NCBI GenBank assembly: GCA_963849585.1 | Contig: CAWKHZ010000009.1 | Location: 96,771-160,770 of the forward strand | DNA: 64,000 nucleotides | Reading direction: 5' to 3' | Origin: an uncultured Acidobacteriota bacterium | GTDB lineage: Bacteria; Acidobacteriota; Blastocatellia; Pyrinomonadales; Pyrinomonadaceae | In this document: positions 48,756 through 61,734 of the stretch, one piece after another | Layout: every line of letters starts with the position of its first letter | How positions within the stretch are numbered: the first letter of the stretch is position 1 | The notes under the pieces: generated by a model | Told to the model about the DNA's origin: nothing | What the model saw: the letters and a program-made list of their open reading frames with translations, nothing else | Database searches by the model: none | Translations under genes and position numbers: made by a program

Positions 48756-50013
48756 ATGGACATAAAGCGACCCCCTAAATCGAAGATAAAGAAGCGGATT
48801 CGGACGGCGATCCTGATCGTGGTCGGTGTCGCGGCCGTCGGCGGCATAACCTATGGTCTCGCGAAACTAAAACCCGCCGCGCCAACGATCGACCAGTCCA
48901 CCGCCGTGATCGAAACCGTCAAACGCGGTGAGATGGTGCGCGATGTCCGTGGCAACGGGACCCTCGTGCCGGAAGTAACCCGCTGGGTTCCGGCACCTGC
49001 CGAGGGACGAGTGGAAAAGATAAATCTCCAGGCCGGCGTCGAAGTCGATGCCTCGACAGTACTCGTCGAACTCTCGAACCCGCAAATGCAGCAACAGGCG
49101 ATCGACGCCGAGTTTCAGGTGAAAGCAGCCGAAGCTGACGAAGAGAACCTGCGCGTGCGTCTCGAAAGCGACACGATGACGCAGAAGGCCACGATCGCGA
49201 CGATCAACTCGCAGTACAGCCAGGCAAAACTGCAACTCGACGCCGACGAAGTCCTTTATACGCAGAAATTGGTCGCTGAACTCCGGATCAAGATCTCGCG
49301 CGTCGCCGTGCAGGATCTCGCCAACCGGTTGAAGGTTGAACAGGAACGACTCGCGGTAACGGCCAGATCAACACGCGCTCAGCTCAACGCCGCGTCTTCG
49401 CGACTGCAACAGTTGCGCGCGATGGCGCAACTGCGCCGGACGGAAGTCGAGAATTTGAAAGTGCGCGCCGGAACAGCCGGCGTGCTGCAAGAGGTTCGGT
49501 GTCCAGGTCGGACAACAGGTTGAACCCGGATTCAACATCGCGCGCGTCGCCGATCCGGCATCGTTGAAAGCTGTGTTGAGAGTTGCGGAGACGCAGATCA
49601 CAGACGTGCGCATTGGTCAGCCGGTGCTGGTCGATACGCGCAACGGCATGATTCAGGGAAGAGTTTCGCGCATCGATCCGGCCGCTCGCGAAGGCACGTT
49701 CGAGGTCGACGCCTCGTTGATCGGACCGTTGCCGGCGAGCGCGCGTCCCGATTTGAGCGTTGACGGCACGATCGAACTCGAGCGATTAAAAGACGTGTTG
49801 AAGGTCGGCCGGCCGGCGTTTGGCCAGGCGAATCAGACGATCGGGATGTTTGTGCTGACGCCTGACGGCAGTGAAGCGCAGCATCGCACGGTGAGACTCG
49901 GCGCGAACTCGGTCAGCACGATCGAGATACTCGAAGGGCTGAAGGAAGGAGATCAGGTAATCATCTCCGACACTTCGGCATTGGACAGTTATAACCGGAT
50001 CCGCATCCGGTAA
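48756..50013 (+). pseudogene. MacA-like HlyD-family periplasmic adaptor, one frame change as given
   Basis: ORF 48615..49523 from MDIKRPPKSKIKKRIRTAILIVVGV (TM anchor), with a lipoyl motif and coiled coil. It continues in 49564..50013 (…VRIGQPVLVDT…GRVSRIDPAA…). The break is near 49500-49520. Confidence 0.8.
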
Positions 50014-50114
50014 GTGCCAGATGCCATAAGGTTTCAGACCCGTTTGTCATGGAAATCGGGTTTGCGGTGTTCACTTTTTAAGATCGTAGTACACAAACAA
50101 TCAAGGAGTGACTG

Positions 50115-50873
50115 ATGAGTTCATCCGAGCCCCTAATCCACCTCGCTGACGTCAAGAAAGTCTTCGACACAGACGAAGTGGAGACCCACGCGCTCTCCGG
50201 TATTCACCTCGACATCAAACAAGGTGAGTACGTTTCCATTGCCGGTCCTTCGGGCTGCGGCAAGTCTACCCTTCTGTCGATTCTCGGCCTGCTCGATACG
50301 CCGACTGACGGTGAGTATGTCCTCAACGATCATCCCGGTCGAAAACTTTCGCTGTCCGAGCGCGCGCGCATCCGTAATCGCGAAGTCGGTTTCATTTTTC
50401 AGAGCTTCAACCTGATCGGCGATCTCACCGTTTACGAAAACGTCGAACTGCCGCTGACTTATCGCGGCATGAGCTCGGCCGAACGAAAGAAACGTACCAC
50501 TGAAGCGCTCGAACGCGTCGGCATGGCCCATCGCGCGAAACACTTGCCGAGCCAGCTCTCCGGCGGTCAACAGCAACGCGTCGCGGTCGCCCGCGCAGTC
50601 GGCGGACAGCCGAGCATCCTGCTCGCAGACGAGCCGACTGGAAACCTCGACTCAACCAACGGCGAAGCCGTGATGGAACTGATGCGCGAACTGCATCGCG
50701 GCGGCGCCACGATCTGCATGGTGACGCACGATCCGCGTTACGCGCAGCACGCCGATCGCATCGTCCACTTGTTCGACGGCCAGATCGTCGAAGAAGAGGC
50801 CGGCGCCGATCGACGCGAGATTCGGGAGGCCAAGCGCGAGTTGAAAGAAAGCGGATTCGGAGCCATTTCATGA
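50115..50873 (+). CDS. ABC transporter ATP-binding protein (MacB/LolD-type)
   Basis: 252 aa. Walker A GPSGCGKST, signature LSGGQQQRVAVARA, Walker B ILLADEPTGNLD. Confidence 0.93.
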   Translation: MSSSEPLIHLADVKKVFDTDEVETHALSGIHLDIKQGEYVSIAGPSGCGKSTLLSILGLLDTPTDGEYVLNDHPGRKLSLSERARIRNREVGFIFQSFNLIGDLTVYENVELPLTYRGMSSAERKKRTTEALERVGMAHRAKHLPSQLSGGQQQRVAVARAVGGQPSILLADEPTGNLDSTNGEAVMELMRELHRGGATICMVTHDPRYAQHADRIVHLFDGQIVEEEAGADRREIREAKRELKESGFGAIS

Positions 50874-51538
50874 TCAGTCTGCGGGGAGTCGAAAAAGCTT
50901 TCCCCCACGGTCCGACGAAGACTTACGTGCTTCGCCGGATCAATCTCGACATCAAGCCGGGTGAGTTTGTTTCGATCATGGGCCCGTCCGGGGCCGGGAA
51001 GTCGACACTGCTCCACATCCTGGGAATGCACGACCAATCGTGGACCGGCGAGTATTACTTCGACGACGTGCCGGTCCAACAGCTCGAGCGAAAGAAACGC
51101 GCGGCGCTGCGCAATCGAAACATCGGGTTCGTTTTTCAGAGTTATCACCTGCTGGACGATCAAACGGTTTTCGAAAACCTCGAGCTGCCGCTGTCTTATC
51201 GCGACGTCAGCAAGAAAGATCGGCAGTCGATCGTTTGCGACACGCTCGATCGTTTTCAGATGGTGGGAAAGAAGGATCTTTTCCCGACGCAGTTGTCAGG
51301 CGGTCAACAACAGCTCGTCGGCATCGCGCGCGCAGTGGTTGCGAGTCCGCGAATCATCCTGGCTGACGAGCCGACCGGAAATCTGCATTCGGCCCAGGGC
51401 AAAGAGATCATGGACATGTTCAAGCGCCTGAATGACGAAGGCACGACGATCATTCAGGTGACGCACTCCGAAATAAACGCCGCTTATGGCAACCGGATCG
51501 TGCAGCTCGAAGATGGCTGGATCGTTAATGGCCAGTAA
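50870..51538 (+). CDS. ABC transporter ATP-binding protein (second, MacB/LolD-type)
   Basis: 222 aa with ATGA overlap with the previous gene. Motifs GPSGAGKST, LSGGQQQLVGIARA, IILADEPTGNLH. Confidence 0.93.
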   Translation: MISLRGVEKAFPHGPTKTYVLRRINLDIKPGEFVSIMGPSGAGKSTLLHILGMHDQSWTGEYYFDDVPVQQLERKKRAALRNRNIGFVFQSYHLLDDQTVFENLELPLSYRDVSKKDRQSIVCDTLDRFQMVGKKDLFPTQLSGGQQQLVGIARAVVASPRIILADEPTGNLHSAQGKEIMDMFKRLNDEGTTIIQVTHSEINAAYGNRIVQLEDGWIVNGQ

Positions 51539-51715
51539 CATTCTGAACCTGTAGATTGCTCAAACCCTGCAATCCTGGAACCAGTCAGGGCGATCGATCT
51601 GCTCGATCGTTGACGTCACTCGTGTGCTTAGTTGGTGTCCGCGTCGCTCCGCGCCTCTGCTTGCCATGCTTCTGACGCAGAGAGCACTGCGTGCGGAGAC
51701 CGCAAGGGAGAAACT

Positions 51716-54154
51716 ATGGACGCCTTCCTGAACGACATCCGTTACGCCATCCGCAACCTCATCAAGCGCCCGGCTTTCACTCTCGTCGCCGCGATCACGC
51801 TCAGCCCTCGGCATCGGCGCCAACACCGCGATCTTCAGCTCCGTTTACGCCCTCCTGCTCAAGCCGCTGCCGTTTCCCGAACTCGATCGCGTCGTCGCCG
51901 TTTGGGACACATACCCAGCAACGGTCGTGTCCACGAACGAAGTGGCGATGGCCAACTACCTCGACTGGCGAGCGCAGAACCAATCGTTCGAACAGCTCGC
52001 GCTTTATAGCTGGTGGAGCGCAAACCTGACGGGCGTCGATCCTCCCGAACGCATTCAGGGGATGGTGGTCACCGCGAATTTTTTCGACTGCGCTCGGCGT
52101 CAAGCCCATCATGGGCCGGAGCTTCACGGAAGAGGAGAACCAACCCGGCAAAGACGGAGTCGCCATCCTCACCCACAGTCTGTGGCAACGACGCTTCGGC
52201 GGCGATCCAAACATCCTCGGCAAGACGATCACGCTCAACGGCATCGCGCGCACCGTCGTCGGCGTGATGCCGGAAAAATTCGACTACCCAAAGGGCGCCG
52301 AGGTTTATAGCTCCGATCGCGATCACGCCCGAGATCGGCGGGCAATCGCCAGTATCACTCGCTACTACGTGGTCGGAGGCTTGAAACCCGGCGTGTCGGT
52401 CCAGAGCGCGCAGGCGGAAATCGACAACATAACGGCGCGACTCGAGCAACAGTATCCCGAAACCAACACCGGTGCGCGGGCGACAGTCTTTCCGATCGTT
52501 GCCGACACGGTGCGCAAGTACGACACCGCGATATGGATGGGGATGGCGGCCGTCGGTTTCGTTTTGCTGATTGCGTGCGCGAACGTCGCAAACCTGATGC
52601 TCGCGCGCGCGAGTGGACGGCAAAAAGAGATCGCGTTGCGCGCCGCTTTGGGCGCGAGCCGCTGGCGCATCATTCGCCAACTGCTAACCGAGAGTTCGAT
52701 CGTCGCGTTGATTGGCGGCGCGCTCGGAATTCTGGTCGCGGTCTGGGGCATCGATGCGTTGCGCATGCGAATCCCGGTGACGCAGCGAAGTTTGCGCCCG
52801 GTTGGCACCAACTCGGAATCAACGTCACCGTGCTGATCTTTACGATTGCGCTTTCACTGCTCAGCGGTCTGCTGTTCGGTCTCGCGCCGGCGCTGCAGGT
52901 TTCGAAACCGAATCTCAACGACGCGCTGAAGGAAAGCGGCCGGCAGTCGTCCGGCAGCTCGCATCGGTTGCGAAGTTCGCTCGTCGTGTTTGAAGTCGCG
53001 CTGTCGCTGGTGCTGCTCGTCGGCGCCGGTTTGTCTTTCGTAGTTTTCTTACGTTGTTCAAGACCGATCCCGGTTTCAATCCTGACAACGTGTTGACGAT
53101 GAATCTTATCGTTGCCGCGGCGAAGTATCAGGAAGAGCCACAGCGCGTTGCTTTTTACGCCGACCTGGTCCAACGCGTGAAAGCGAAGCCGGGTGTCGAA
53201 TCGGCGGCGGTAGTGAACTTTCTCCCGCTCGGCGGCTCGAATTCGTCGGACGTCTATTTGGTTGAAGGCGAACCCGAGCCCGCGCCGGGTCACGAAAACA
53301 TCGGCCGGTATCGCGTTGCTACTCCCGATTACTTCACGACGATGCAGATTCCCGATCGTCAAGGGACGCTGCATTTACGGAACAGGACAAAGCCGGTGCG
53401 CCACCAGGTCGTAATCGTGAACGAAACACTCGCGCGAAAACACTGGCCGGGGCAGGAGCAATCGGCAAACGCATTCGCTTTTATGCTCCACTCGGATCAG
53501 AGCGCCGTGGATGGAGGTTGTCGGCGTGTCAAAGACGTCAAGCACGAACTCACGTTTCCGGTCACGCCCGAATACTACTTGCCTTACGCACAGGATGCTG
53601 GAGGTCGATGATGCTCGTGGCCAGAACGAAAGTTGATCCCGCCTCGCTCGCCGGTTCGATCCGGCAGCAGGTATGGGCCATCGACAAGGACCAGCCGGTG
53701 TTTGACGTGCGGACGATGAAGGAAGTGCGGTCGATGGCAGCGTCGATGTACTCGTTCAAGTCCGTGATGATTGGAATTTTCGCGGTCGTGGCGTTGTTGC
53801 TGGCGTCGCTCGGGATTTACGGCGTGATGGCTTTTGCCGTGACGCAACGAACGCAGGAGATCGGGATTCGCATGGCGCTCGGCGCGCGCGACGCCGGAAG
53901 TGTATGAAGCTCGTGTCGTAAAAACGGGATGAGACTGGCGTCTCGGTTTGGGAATCGGATTGGTTTGGTCGGTGCGTGGGGGTTGACACGCTTCATGTCA
54001 AGGCGCTGCTCGTCGGAGTGCAGCCGACTGATCCGTTGACGTTCAGCGTCGGTGCTCCGGCTGTGTTTGTTGGCTCGCGGCGTTTCTCGCGTGTTACCTG
54101 CCTGCGCGTCGCGCAACGAAAGTCGATCCATTGGAAGCGCTACGTTACGAGTAA
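51716..54154 (+). pseudogene. ADOP-type MacB/FtsX-family ABC permease 1, many frame changes as given
   Basis: RBS AGGGAG, then MDAFLNDIRYAIRNLIKRPAFTLVAAITL. The conserved [12 protein letters not shown] motif is broken by an indel at about 51803-51807. Later fragments are 51927..52310, 52111..52836, 53054..53611, 53518..53907 and 53976..54164. It ends …[11 protein letters not shown], stop at 54152-54154. Confidence 0.8.
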
Positions 54155-54163
54155 TCGAATGTG

Positions 54164-56695
54164 ATGGAAACTTTAATTAAAGATCATAGTTACGGATTTC
54201 GCGGACTGCTCAAACGAAAAGGCTTCGCGGCCATCGCGGTGTTGACACTCGCGCTGGGCATCGGCGCGAACACGGCGATCTTCACACTCGTGAACGCCGT
54301 GATGCTGAAGACACTTCCGGTCAGCAACCCAAGAACTCGTTCTTTTCAGCGACATGACCGGTGAAGGAACTTCGGTCGAAGACACCCCGCGCAGCGGTAA
54401 GTGGAAGCGTTTCTCATACGCCTCGTACAAGTACTTTCGCGATCACAACGATTCGTTTCCAGGACATCACTGCACTGCGCAGCGGCGTGACGCCGTTTGA
54501 GCGTGCGGCGAACTGATGCGCAGGCGATGCGGCCGCGCGTTCGTCGGGTCAACTCGTTTCCGGTAATTACTTTTCTCTGCTCGGCGTGCAGGCGATGCGC
54601 GGCCGCGTGCTGACGCCCGAAGACGACAAAGCCAGGCGCAGCACCAGCCGCGGTGATGAATCATCGCTACTGGGAAGAAAGAGTTGAACAGCGATCCGTC
54701 AGTCGTTGGCCAAACGCTTCATCATCAACGGGACAAACTTCACCATCGTCGGCATGACGCCGCCGGAGTTTTTCGGCGAGCGCGTCCGGCGTCCACCTGA
54801 TTTCTGGTTGCCGCTCGCGTTTCAGCCGCAGATCGAACTACGCAACTCGTTTCTCGAAACAAACAGGCCTACTGGCTGATGGTGATGGGCCGTCTCAAGC
54901 CGGGCGTCACGATGGCGCAGGCGCAGGGTAGCGTTAACTTGCAGTTGCAACAGTTCCTGACCGAACAAGCGGGCAGCCAATTAACCGACGAACGAAGCGC
55001 CGTATTCAAAACACGTACGTCAGAGCTCGTCGAAGGCAAAGGCGGCATCTCGGGACTGCGCAGTGCTTTACTCGAAACCGTTGCACATGCTGATGGCGAT
55101 CGTCGGCATGGTGCTGTTGATCGCGTGCGCGAACGTCGGCAGTCTGCTGCTGTCGCGCGCCGCTGCGCGCAAAGCTGAGATCTCTTTGCGCATGGCGTTC
55201 GGCGCGACACGCTGGCGGATCGTTCGCCAACTGCTCACCGAGAGCATGTTGCTCGCGCTGATCGGCGGAGTTTGCGGTGTGCTGTTGGCCCAGTGGGGCG
55301 TGACCGTGCTCGTTAATCTCGTCGCGAGCCAGGTCCCGCTCGACACAACAGCCGACGCGGGCGTGCTCGCGTTCACCGTTGGAGTTTCAATTCTTGCCGG
55401 ACTGTTGTTTGGCCTCGTTCCCGCGATTCGAGCCAGCAGGACCGATCTGGCGTCCGCGATGAAAGAGAAGACCCGCACCGGCAGCCGGTTTTGGCGCGTC
55501 AATCTTTCGTCGGCGATGGTCGTGTTACAGGTCGGACTCTCGATGGTCCTGTTGACCGGCGCCGGTTTGTTCGCGCGCAGTCTCGCGAAATCTGCAAAGC
55601 GAGAACGTCGGTTTCGATCGCTCGAACATGCTGCTCGTCGGCATCGATCCACGACTCGCCGGATACAAGCCCGCCGAACTCGCCACGCTCTACCAGCAGG
55701 TACTCGAGCGCGTTGGGTACGTCTTCCCAACGTCCAGTCAGTCTCGATGGCGACTTATTCACCGATGAGCGGCTCGCAGCGAAGCAGCAGCATCGCGTCC
55801 CCGGTTACACACCGCAGCCGGGCGAGGACCCGGTCGTTGAAGATATTTTGATTGGTCCAAAGTACGCGCGAGACACTCGGCATTCCGTTGTTGCGCGGAC
55901 GCGAGATCGAGATTCGCGACACGGCTTCCGGTCCACGAGTAGCCGTCGTCAACGAAACCTTCGTCAAGAAATACTTCAAAGATCAAAACCCGATCGGCCG
56001 CACGTTCACGTTCGACGATGAGACTGACGATGGCGCGCCGCTCGAGATCATCGGCGTAATCGCCGACGTCAAATCGGCAGACGCGCGCGAGAACCCGCAA
56101 TCCCGGCGGTTTATCCGCCCGATTCTCCAGATCCAGGATCAGGCGGCATACACCGTCAACATTCAAATGCGCACCAACGGCGATCGCGAGCGTCGTTCGC
56201 TGGTCCAGTGCGGCAAATGATCAATCAGATCGACGACAAGCTTCCGATCTTCGGCGTGACGACGATCGAAGAACAGGTGCAGGAAAGCATGAACCAGGAT
56301 CGCCTGATCGCGCAGCTCGTGAGTTTCTTCGGCGCGCTGGCGCTGATTCTCGCGTGCATCGGTTTGTACGGCGTGATGGCCCATGGCGTTGCGCGTCGCA
56401 CGAATGAGATCGGCATCCGCATGGCGCTCGGCGCGCAAGGGCGGCAACATCGCGTGGATGGTTTTGCGAGAAACGCTCGTGTTGGTCGTGATCGGGTTGG
56501 TGATCGGCGTGCCGGCAGCATTGCTGTTGCGGCGCGTTTGATCTCGACGCAATTATTTGGATTCAGTCCGACAGATCCCGCGGCGTTGATCGGCGCGGCG
56601 GTAGTTTTGACGGTTGTTGCTTTGCTCGCGGGTTACGTCCCGGCGCGTCGCGCGTCGCGCGTCGAATCCATTAACTGCGCTTGAGGTACGAGTGA
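54164..56695 (+). pseudogene. ADOP-type MacB/FtsX-family ABC permease 2, many frame changes as given
   Basis: [53 protein letters not shown] (54161..54364). Fragments 54879..55178, 55063..55851, 55852..56220, 56208..56684. The terminal …LTAL-YE reaches TGA at 56693-56695. Confidence 0.8.
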
Positions 56696-56709
56696 AAGGA
56701 GTAACGCAC

Positions 56710-59135
56710 ATGGAAACGTTGTTTCGAGACATACGTTACGGATTTCGTGGGTTGCTGAAGCGGCCCGGTTTCACCGTTATCGCGCTGGTTGCACTGGCGC
56801 TCGGGATCGGCGCGAACACTGCGATCTTCAGTCTCGTCAATGCAGTCATGCTGCGGCCGCTTCCTTACCCGAACCGGATCGACTCGTTTGGGTTTGCGGA
56901 AATTTCCCTGGCGGCAATCGCGCCAGTGTCTCGCCGCCCGACTATCTCGACTTCCGCAACCAGAACAAGACTTTCGAACAGTTTGCCGCGATCGTATCGC
57001 GATGCCGCGTCCCGCCACGATCACCGGCGGCGGTGAGCCTGAACGTCTGCAGGCGTCCGTCGTTAGCGGCAACTACTTCCAGACGTTCGGCGTGATGCCG
57101 GCGTTGGGTCGCGGATTTTCACTCGACAACGAAAAGCCCGGAAACGATCAGGTTGCTGATACTCAGCCACGAACTCTGGCAGAGACGTTTCGCCGGCGAT
57201 CCGTCGAATCGTCAGTCAACGAATCGTCCTCAACGGCAAGAGCTTTCGAAGTGATCGGCGTGATGCCGAGAGGGCGTCACGTTTTCCGCAGACTGCGGAC
57301 CTTTGGGTGCCGATGAACTTCGATGCTGATCCGGGGATGAAAATACGTTACGCTCACTTCCTGCGGCCGATCGGCCGATTCAAGCCGGGCGTCACCGTGG
57401 CCCAGGCCCAAGCTGACACCGACATGATCGCCGCGCAACTCGAACAACAGTTTCCTGAGACCAATACCGGGTGGAGTCTGCGCCTCGTACCACTGCGAGA
57501 ACAACTCATCGGCAGCAGCCGACCACGTTCGTTCATTCTCTTCGGCGCGGTGGCGTTTGTGTTGCTGATCGCCTGCGCCAACGTCGCGAACCTGCTGTTG
57601 GTCCGGGCTGCTGCGAGGCAGAAAGAGATTGCGTTGCGCACCGCTCTCGGCGCGAGCCGTAGGAGGATCGTTCGGCAGATGATCACTGAGAGTTTGTTGC
57701 TGGCGTTCTTCGGCGGCGCACTCGGAGCGTTGCTCGCAGCGTGGGGCGTGCAACTGCTGGTGAATTGAGCGGCGAACAGTATTCCTCCGACAGTGCAAAC
57801 GTGAAGATCGATGCAACGGTGCTGGCATTTACGTTTGCTGATTTCACTGCTCACTGGCGTGCTGTTTGGCCTTGCCCGCGTTTCGCACCGCGAAGGTGAA
57901 CTTATCGATGCGCTCAAAGAAGGAATGGACGAAGGTCGGAGCGCACGTTCAAAAATCGCACGCGCAGTTTGCTGGTCATATTTGAGAGCGCGATCGCCGT
58001 GGTCCTGTTGATTGGCGCCGGTTTGCTGATTAGAAGTCTCATCGCGCTGCAGAATGTCAATCCCGGATTCGACGCCAACAACGTTCTGACAATGCGCGTC
58101 GATCTGTCGCGTTGCAAATACGACACGCCCGAGAAGTCGGCGGCTTTTTTTCAGGAACTGGAGACACGTCTCAGTGCATTGCCGGGAGTTGAAGGCGGTC
58201 GGCATGATGAGCGGATTGCCACTCAGCGGTCACACGTAACGACACGCCATTCGTCGGTTGAAGGACGTCCACCGGTTACACCAGGCGACCAAAGTTACCG
58301 CTGATTTCCGTTCCGTGTTAATCACAACTACTTTCAGAGCGATGCGAATTCCTTTGCTGCGCGGCCGGAATTTCACCGAGCAGGAAGTGCGTGAAAGCGC
58401 GAAAGTGATAATGGTCAGCGAGCAACTCGTCAACACGGTGTTCCCCAACGAAGAGGCGCTGGGCAAACGACTGCATCATGGGAATCAACGACGAGCCATA
58501 CGAGATCGTCGGCATCGTCGGCGACATTACGCGATCGCGCTGTCGAGTTCCAACCATACCGGACGATGTACTTCCCGATGCGGCAATGGGGCCGGATCAA
58601 CGTCGTTGCTTCGCACGCAAGGGTGATCCGATGGGTCTGTGCCGGCGCATGCGAAAAGAAGTGCAGGCCATCGATCCCGAACAGCCGGTCGCCGCGATGA
58701 GGACCAAGGACGAGTGGGTCGATTCAGGTCACGGCGACGCCGCGCTATCGCACCACACTGCTCGGCTCTTTGCTGCGCTCGCGATGATCCTGGCGGCGAC
58801 GGGAATCTACGGCGTGATGTCTTACTCAGTGGCCGCAACGAACTCACGAGATCGGTGTGCGCATGGCTTTAGGTGCGCGGCGATGGCGACGTTTTGAGGC
58901 TGGTGGTGGGGCAGGGAATGTTGCTGGTCGTTGATCGGATGTGGTCATCGGGCTGCTGGCCGCGTTCGGGTTGACGCGATTGATGGCGAGTTTGCTTTTC
59001 GGCGTGACGGCGAAAGATCCGCTTACTTTCGTTGCCGTTGCGGGCTTGTTGACAGCGGTGGCGTTCATTGCCTGTTACATTCCGGCGCGCCGAGCGACGA
59101 AGGTCGATCCACTGATTGCGCTGCGTTACGAGTGA
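56710..59135 (+). pseudogene. ADOP-type MacB/FtsX-family ABC permease 3, many frame changes as given
   Basis: RBS AAGGAG, then [54 protein letters not shown]. Fragments 57307..57768, 57969..58304, 58258..58626, 58478..58897. It ends [15 protein letters not shown] (58941..59135). Confidence 0.8.
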
Positions 59136-59148
59136 TCGGACCACGAAC

Positions 59149-61590
59149 ATGGATACTTCGTTTTAAAAGACATTCGCTACGGGTGGCGTGGGTTAACAAA
59201 GCGTCCCGGTTTTACCGCAATTGTGGTCGTCACGCTTGCGCTGGGCATCGGCGCGAGCACAGCGATCTTCAGCGTCGTCAACAGCGTCATGCTGCGACGG
59301 CTGCCGTATCCAAACGCCGGATCGCATTGTCGCCATTCAGGAGTTGAATCCTGAAGGGACAACGGTCAGGTAACCGGCCCCAACTTTCTCGACTGGCGTG
59401 CGCAGAACACGGTCTTCGAACATCTCGCCGCGATCAAGAGAACCAACGTCAACCTGACTCTCGCGGATCAGGCTGAACGCATCGATTTGGCCCAAACGTC
59501 AGCCAACTTCTTCGACGTGTTTGGTGTTGGACCACAACACGGACGTCTGTTTGTCGCGGGTGACGAACAGGCCGGACATGCTCCCGTAGTAATTCTGAGT
59601 GACGTCCTGTGGCGGCGCCGGTTCGCTGCTAATCCCGGACTGATCGGCCAGCAGGTCAGTCTCGACGGCAACAGTACACGGTCGATCGGCATTGCGCCCG
59701 CCGGGTTTCAATATCCGGAGAAGACAGAGGCATGGTTGCCGCCACTGAAACTCGCGCCGGAATTGAACGAACGCGATTGAGCCGACCGAGCGACGCGGCA
59801 TGGGTTATCTGAACGCATCGCGTTGCTGAAGCCCGGCGTCACTGTGGCGCAGGCGCGCAGCGAGATGGAGACGATCACCAGCCGCCTGCGGCAGCAGTAT
59901 CCCGAGACTCAACAATCGCCGCTTCAACCGCGTCCTCTCGCTCGCACGATCAGCTGATTGGTGATTCTCGCAAGATGCTCTGGTTGTTGTTTGGTGCGGT
60001 GATGTTTGTGTTGCTGATTGCCTGTGCAAACGTCGCGAATCTTGCTGCTTGCGAGCGCTGCCGCGCGCCAGAAAGAGATGGCGATTCGCATCCGCGCTCG
60101 GCGCTTCGCGTCTGGCGTGTCATCCGGCAACTGTTGACTGAAAGCGCGATATGGCACTCGCAGGCGGTGCGCTCGGACTGATGCTCTCCGTATGGGGTGT
60201 ACGCGATCACGAAGCTCTTGCCGCAGGAGTTCCCGCGCCTGCACGAGATCGGGATGGACTGGCGCGTGCTGGCCTTCACACTCGGCGCTTCGATACTCAC
60301 CGGATTGCTTTTCGGATTTGCGCCGGCGCTGCACGCGTCGAAGTCAGACGTTCAGGAGGCGATGAAGGAAAGTAGCCGCGGCTCGTCGGGCAGTTTGCGT
60401 CATAAGTCGTTTGCGTCACGCGTTGATCGTCGCCGAAGTGGCGTTGTCGGTGGTTTTACTGGCGGGCGCGGGTTTGCTGTTTCGCAGTTTTATGCGTTTG
60501 CAGGAAGTCGATGCAGGTTTTAGTTCCCATCAGGTTTTGACTGCGAGGCTTACACCTTCGGGCGACAACTTCCGCGATGACGTCGACTACATCAACTTTT
60601 ATGACAAGGTCTTGCAGCGAGCTTAACGCCGTACCGGGCGTGCAGCACACCGGTCTAATCAACACCCTCCCGCTCGCGAAGGGGCCAACGACCGGATTCA
60701 GAGTCGACGGGCGGCCAATTCTGCCAAGAGACCAATGGATCGGAACCAACTTCCGCAGCGTGAGCGATGATTACTTCACCGCGATGAGCATTCCGGTGTC
60801 GCAGGGACGCGGCTTCAACGATCGCGACACGCAGACGTCGGCTCCGGTAATTGTGATCAATCAGGTGCTGGCCCAGAACGACTTTGCCGGTGAGAACCCG
60901 ATCGGGAAACGCATCACTTTCGGCGGCGTCAACCCTCAGCAACAACCAGTCTGGTTTGAAATTGTCGGGGTGACGGCGAACGTCAGAAGCATGGAGCTGC
61001 GTGAAGCGCCTGAAGCGGAACTCTATTTCTCCGCGCGTCAGAATCCATTTGAAAACATGTCGGTCGTGGTTCGCTCAAGCGTTGAGCCGACGAGTCTCGC
61101 CGGGAGTCTGCGTCAGATCGTGCAGGAGGTAGATAAGACGGTGCCAGTGTCTGACGTAAAGACGATGGACCATATCGTTAGCGAGTCGGTCACGCAGCCG
61201 CGGTTCAATCTGTTTCTACTCGGCTTGTTCAGTGCCGTCGCGTTGTTGTTATCAGTGGCGGGAATCTATGGAGTCACTGCTTACACGGTAACGCAACGAA
61301 CGCACGAACTCGGCATTCGCATCGCGCTCGGCGCGCAAGTGAGCGACGTGTTGCGAATGATTCTGGGGCAGGGAATGGCCGTGATCGGCATCGGCATCGT
61401 GATTGGACTAGTGGCCGCGTTTGGTCTGATGCGCTTGATGAACAGTTTGCTCTTCGGTGTGAGCGCGACTGATCCGTTTACTTTTGCGGCAATAACCGCA
61501 GTGCTCATCGGCGCTGGATTGCTTGCGTGTTATGTCCCGGCGCGACGCGCCACGAAAGTCGATCCGTTGGAGGCTCTGAGATACGAGTGA
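59149..61590 (+). pseudogene. ADOP-type MacB/FtsX-family ABC permease 4, frame changes in the first ~1.4 kb as given
   Basis: ATG 59149 gives MDTSF, followed by an immediate frame break, then [51 protein letters not shown]. Fragments 59487..59780, 59975..60181, 60197..60523, 60411..60626. The C-terminal 337 aa are intact (60577..61590) and end [15 protein letters not shown]. Confidence 0.8.
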
Positions 61591-61597
61591 GTGTAGA

Positions 61598-61730
61598 GCT
61601 TTGTGCTTAGTGCTTTGTCAGTAGTCAGTAGTCAGTAGTCAGTGGTTAGTGGTTAGTTGTCAGTAACTCTAGCGAACCACGGACAACTGACCACGGACAA
61701 CTGACAATGCACTAAGTTCAAAGCACAAAG
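61598..61730. repeat. intercistronic hairpin with tandem-heptamer arms (CAGTAGT/CAGTGGT/TAGTGGT) and CTTTGTGC ends
   Basis: Left arm GCTTTGTGCTTAGTGCTTTGTCAGTAGTCAGTAGTCAGTAGTCAGTGGTTAGTGGTTAGTTGTCAGT (61598-61664). Right arm ACCACGGACAACTGACCACGGACAACTGACAATGCACTAAGTTCAAAGCACAAAG (61677-61730). It lies between permeases 4 and 5 and is the same type as 12140-12221. Confidence 0.8.
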
Positions 61731-61734
61731 AACG

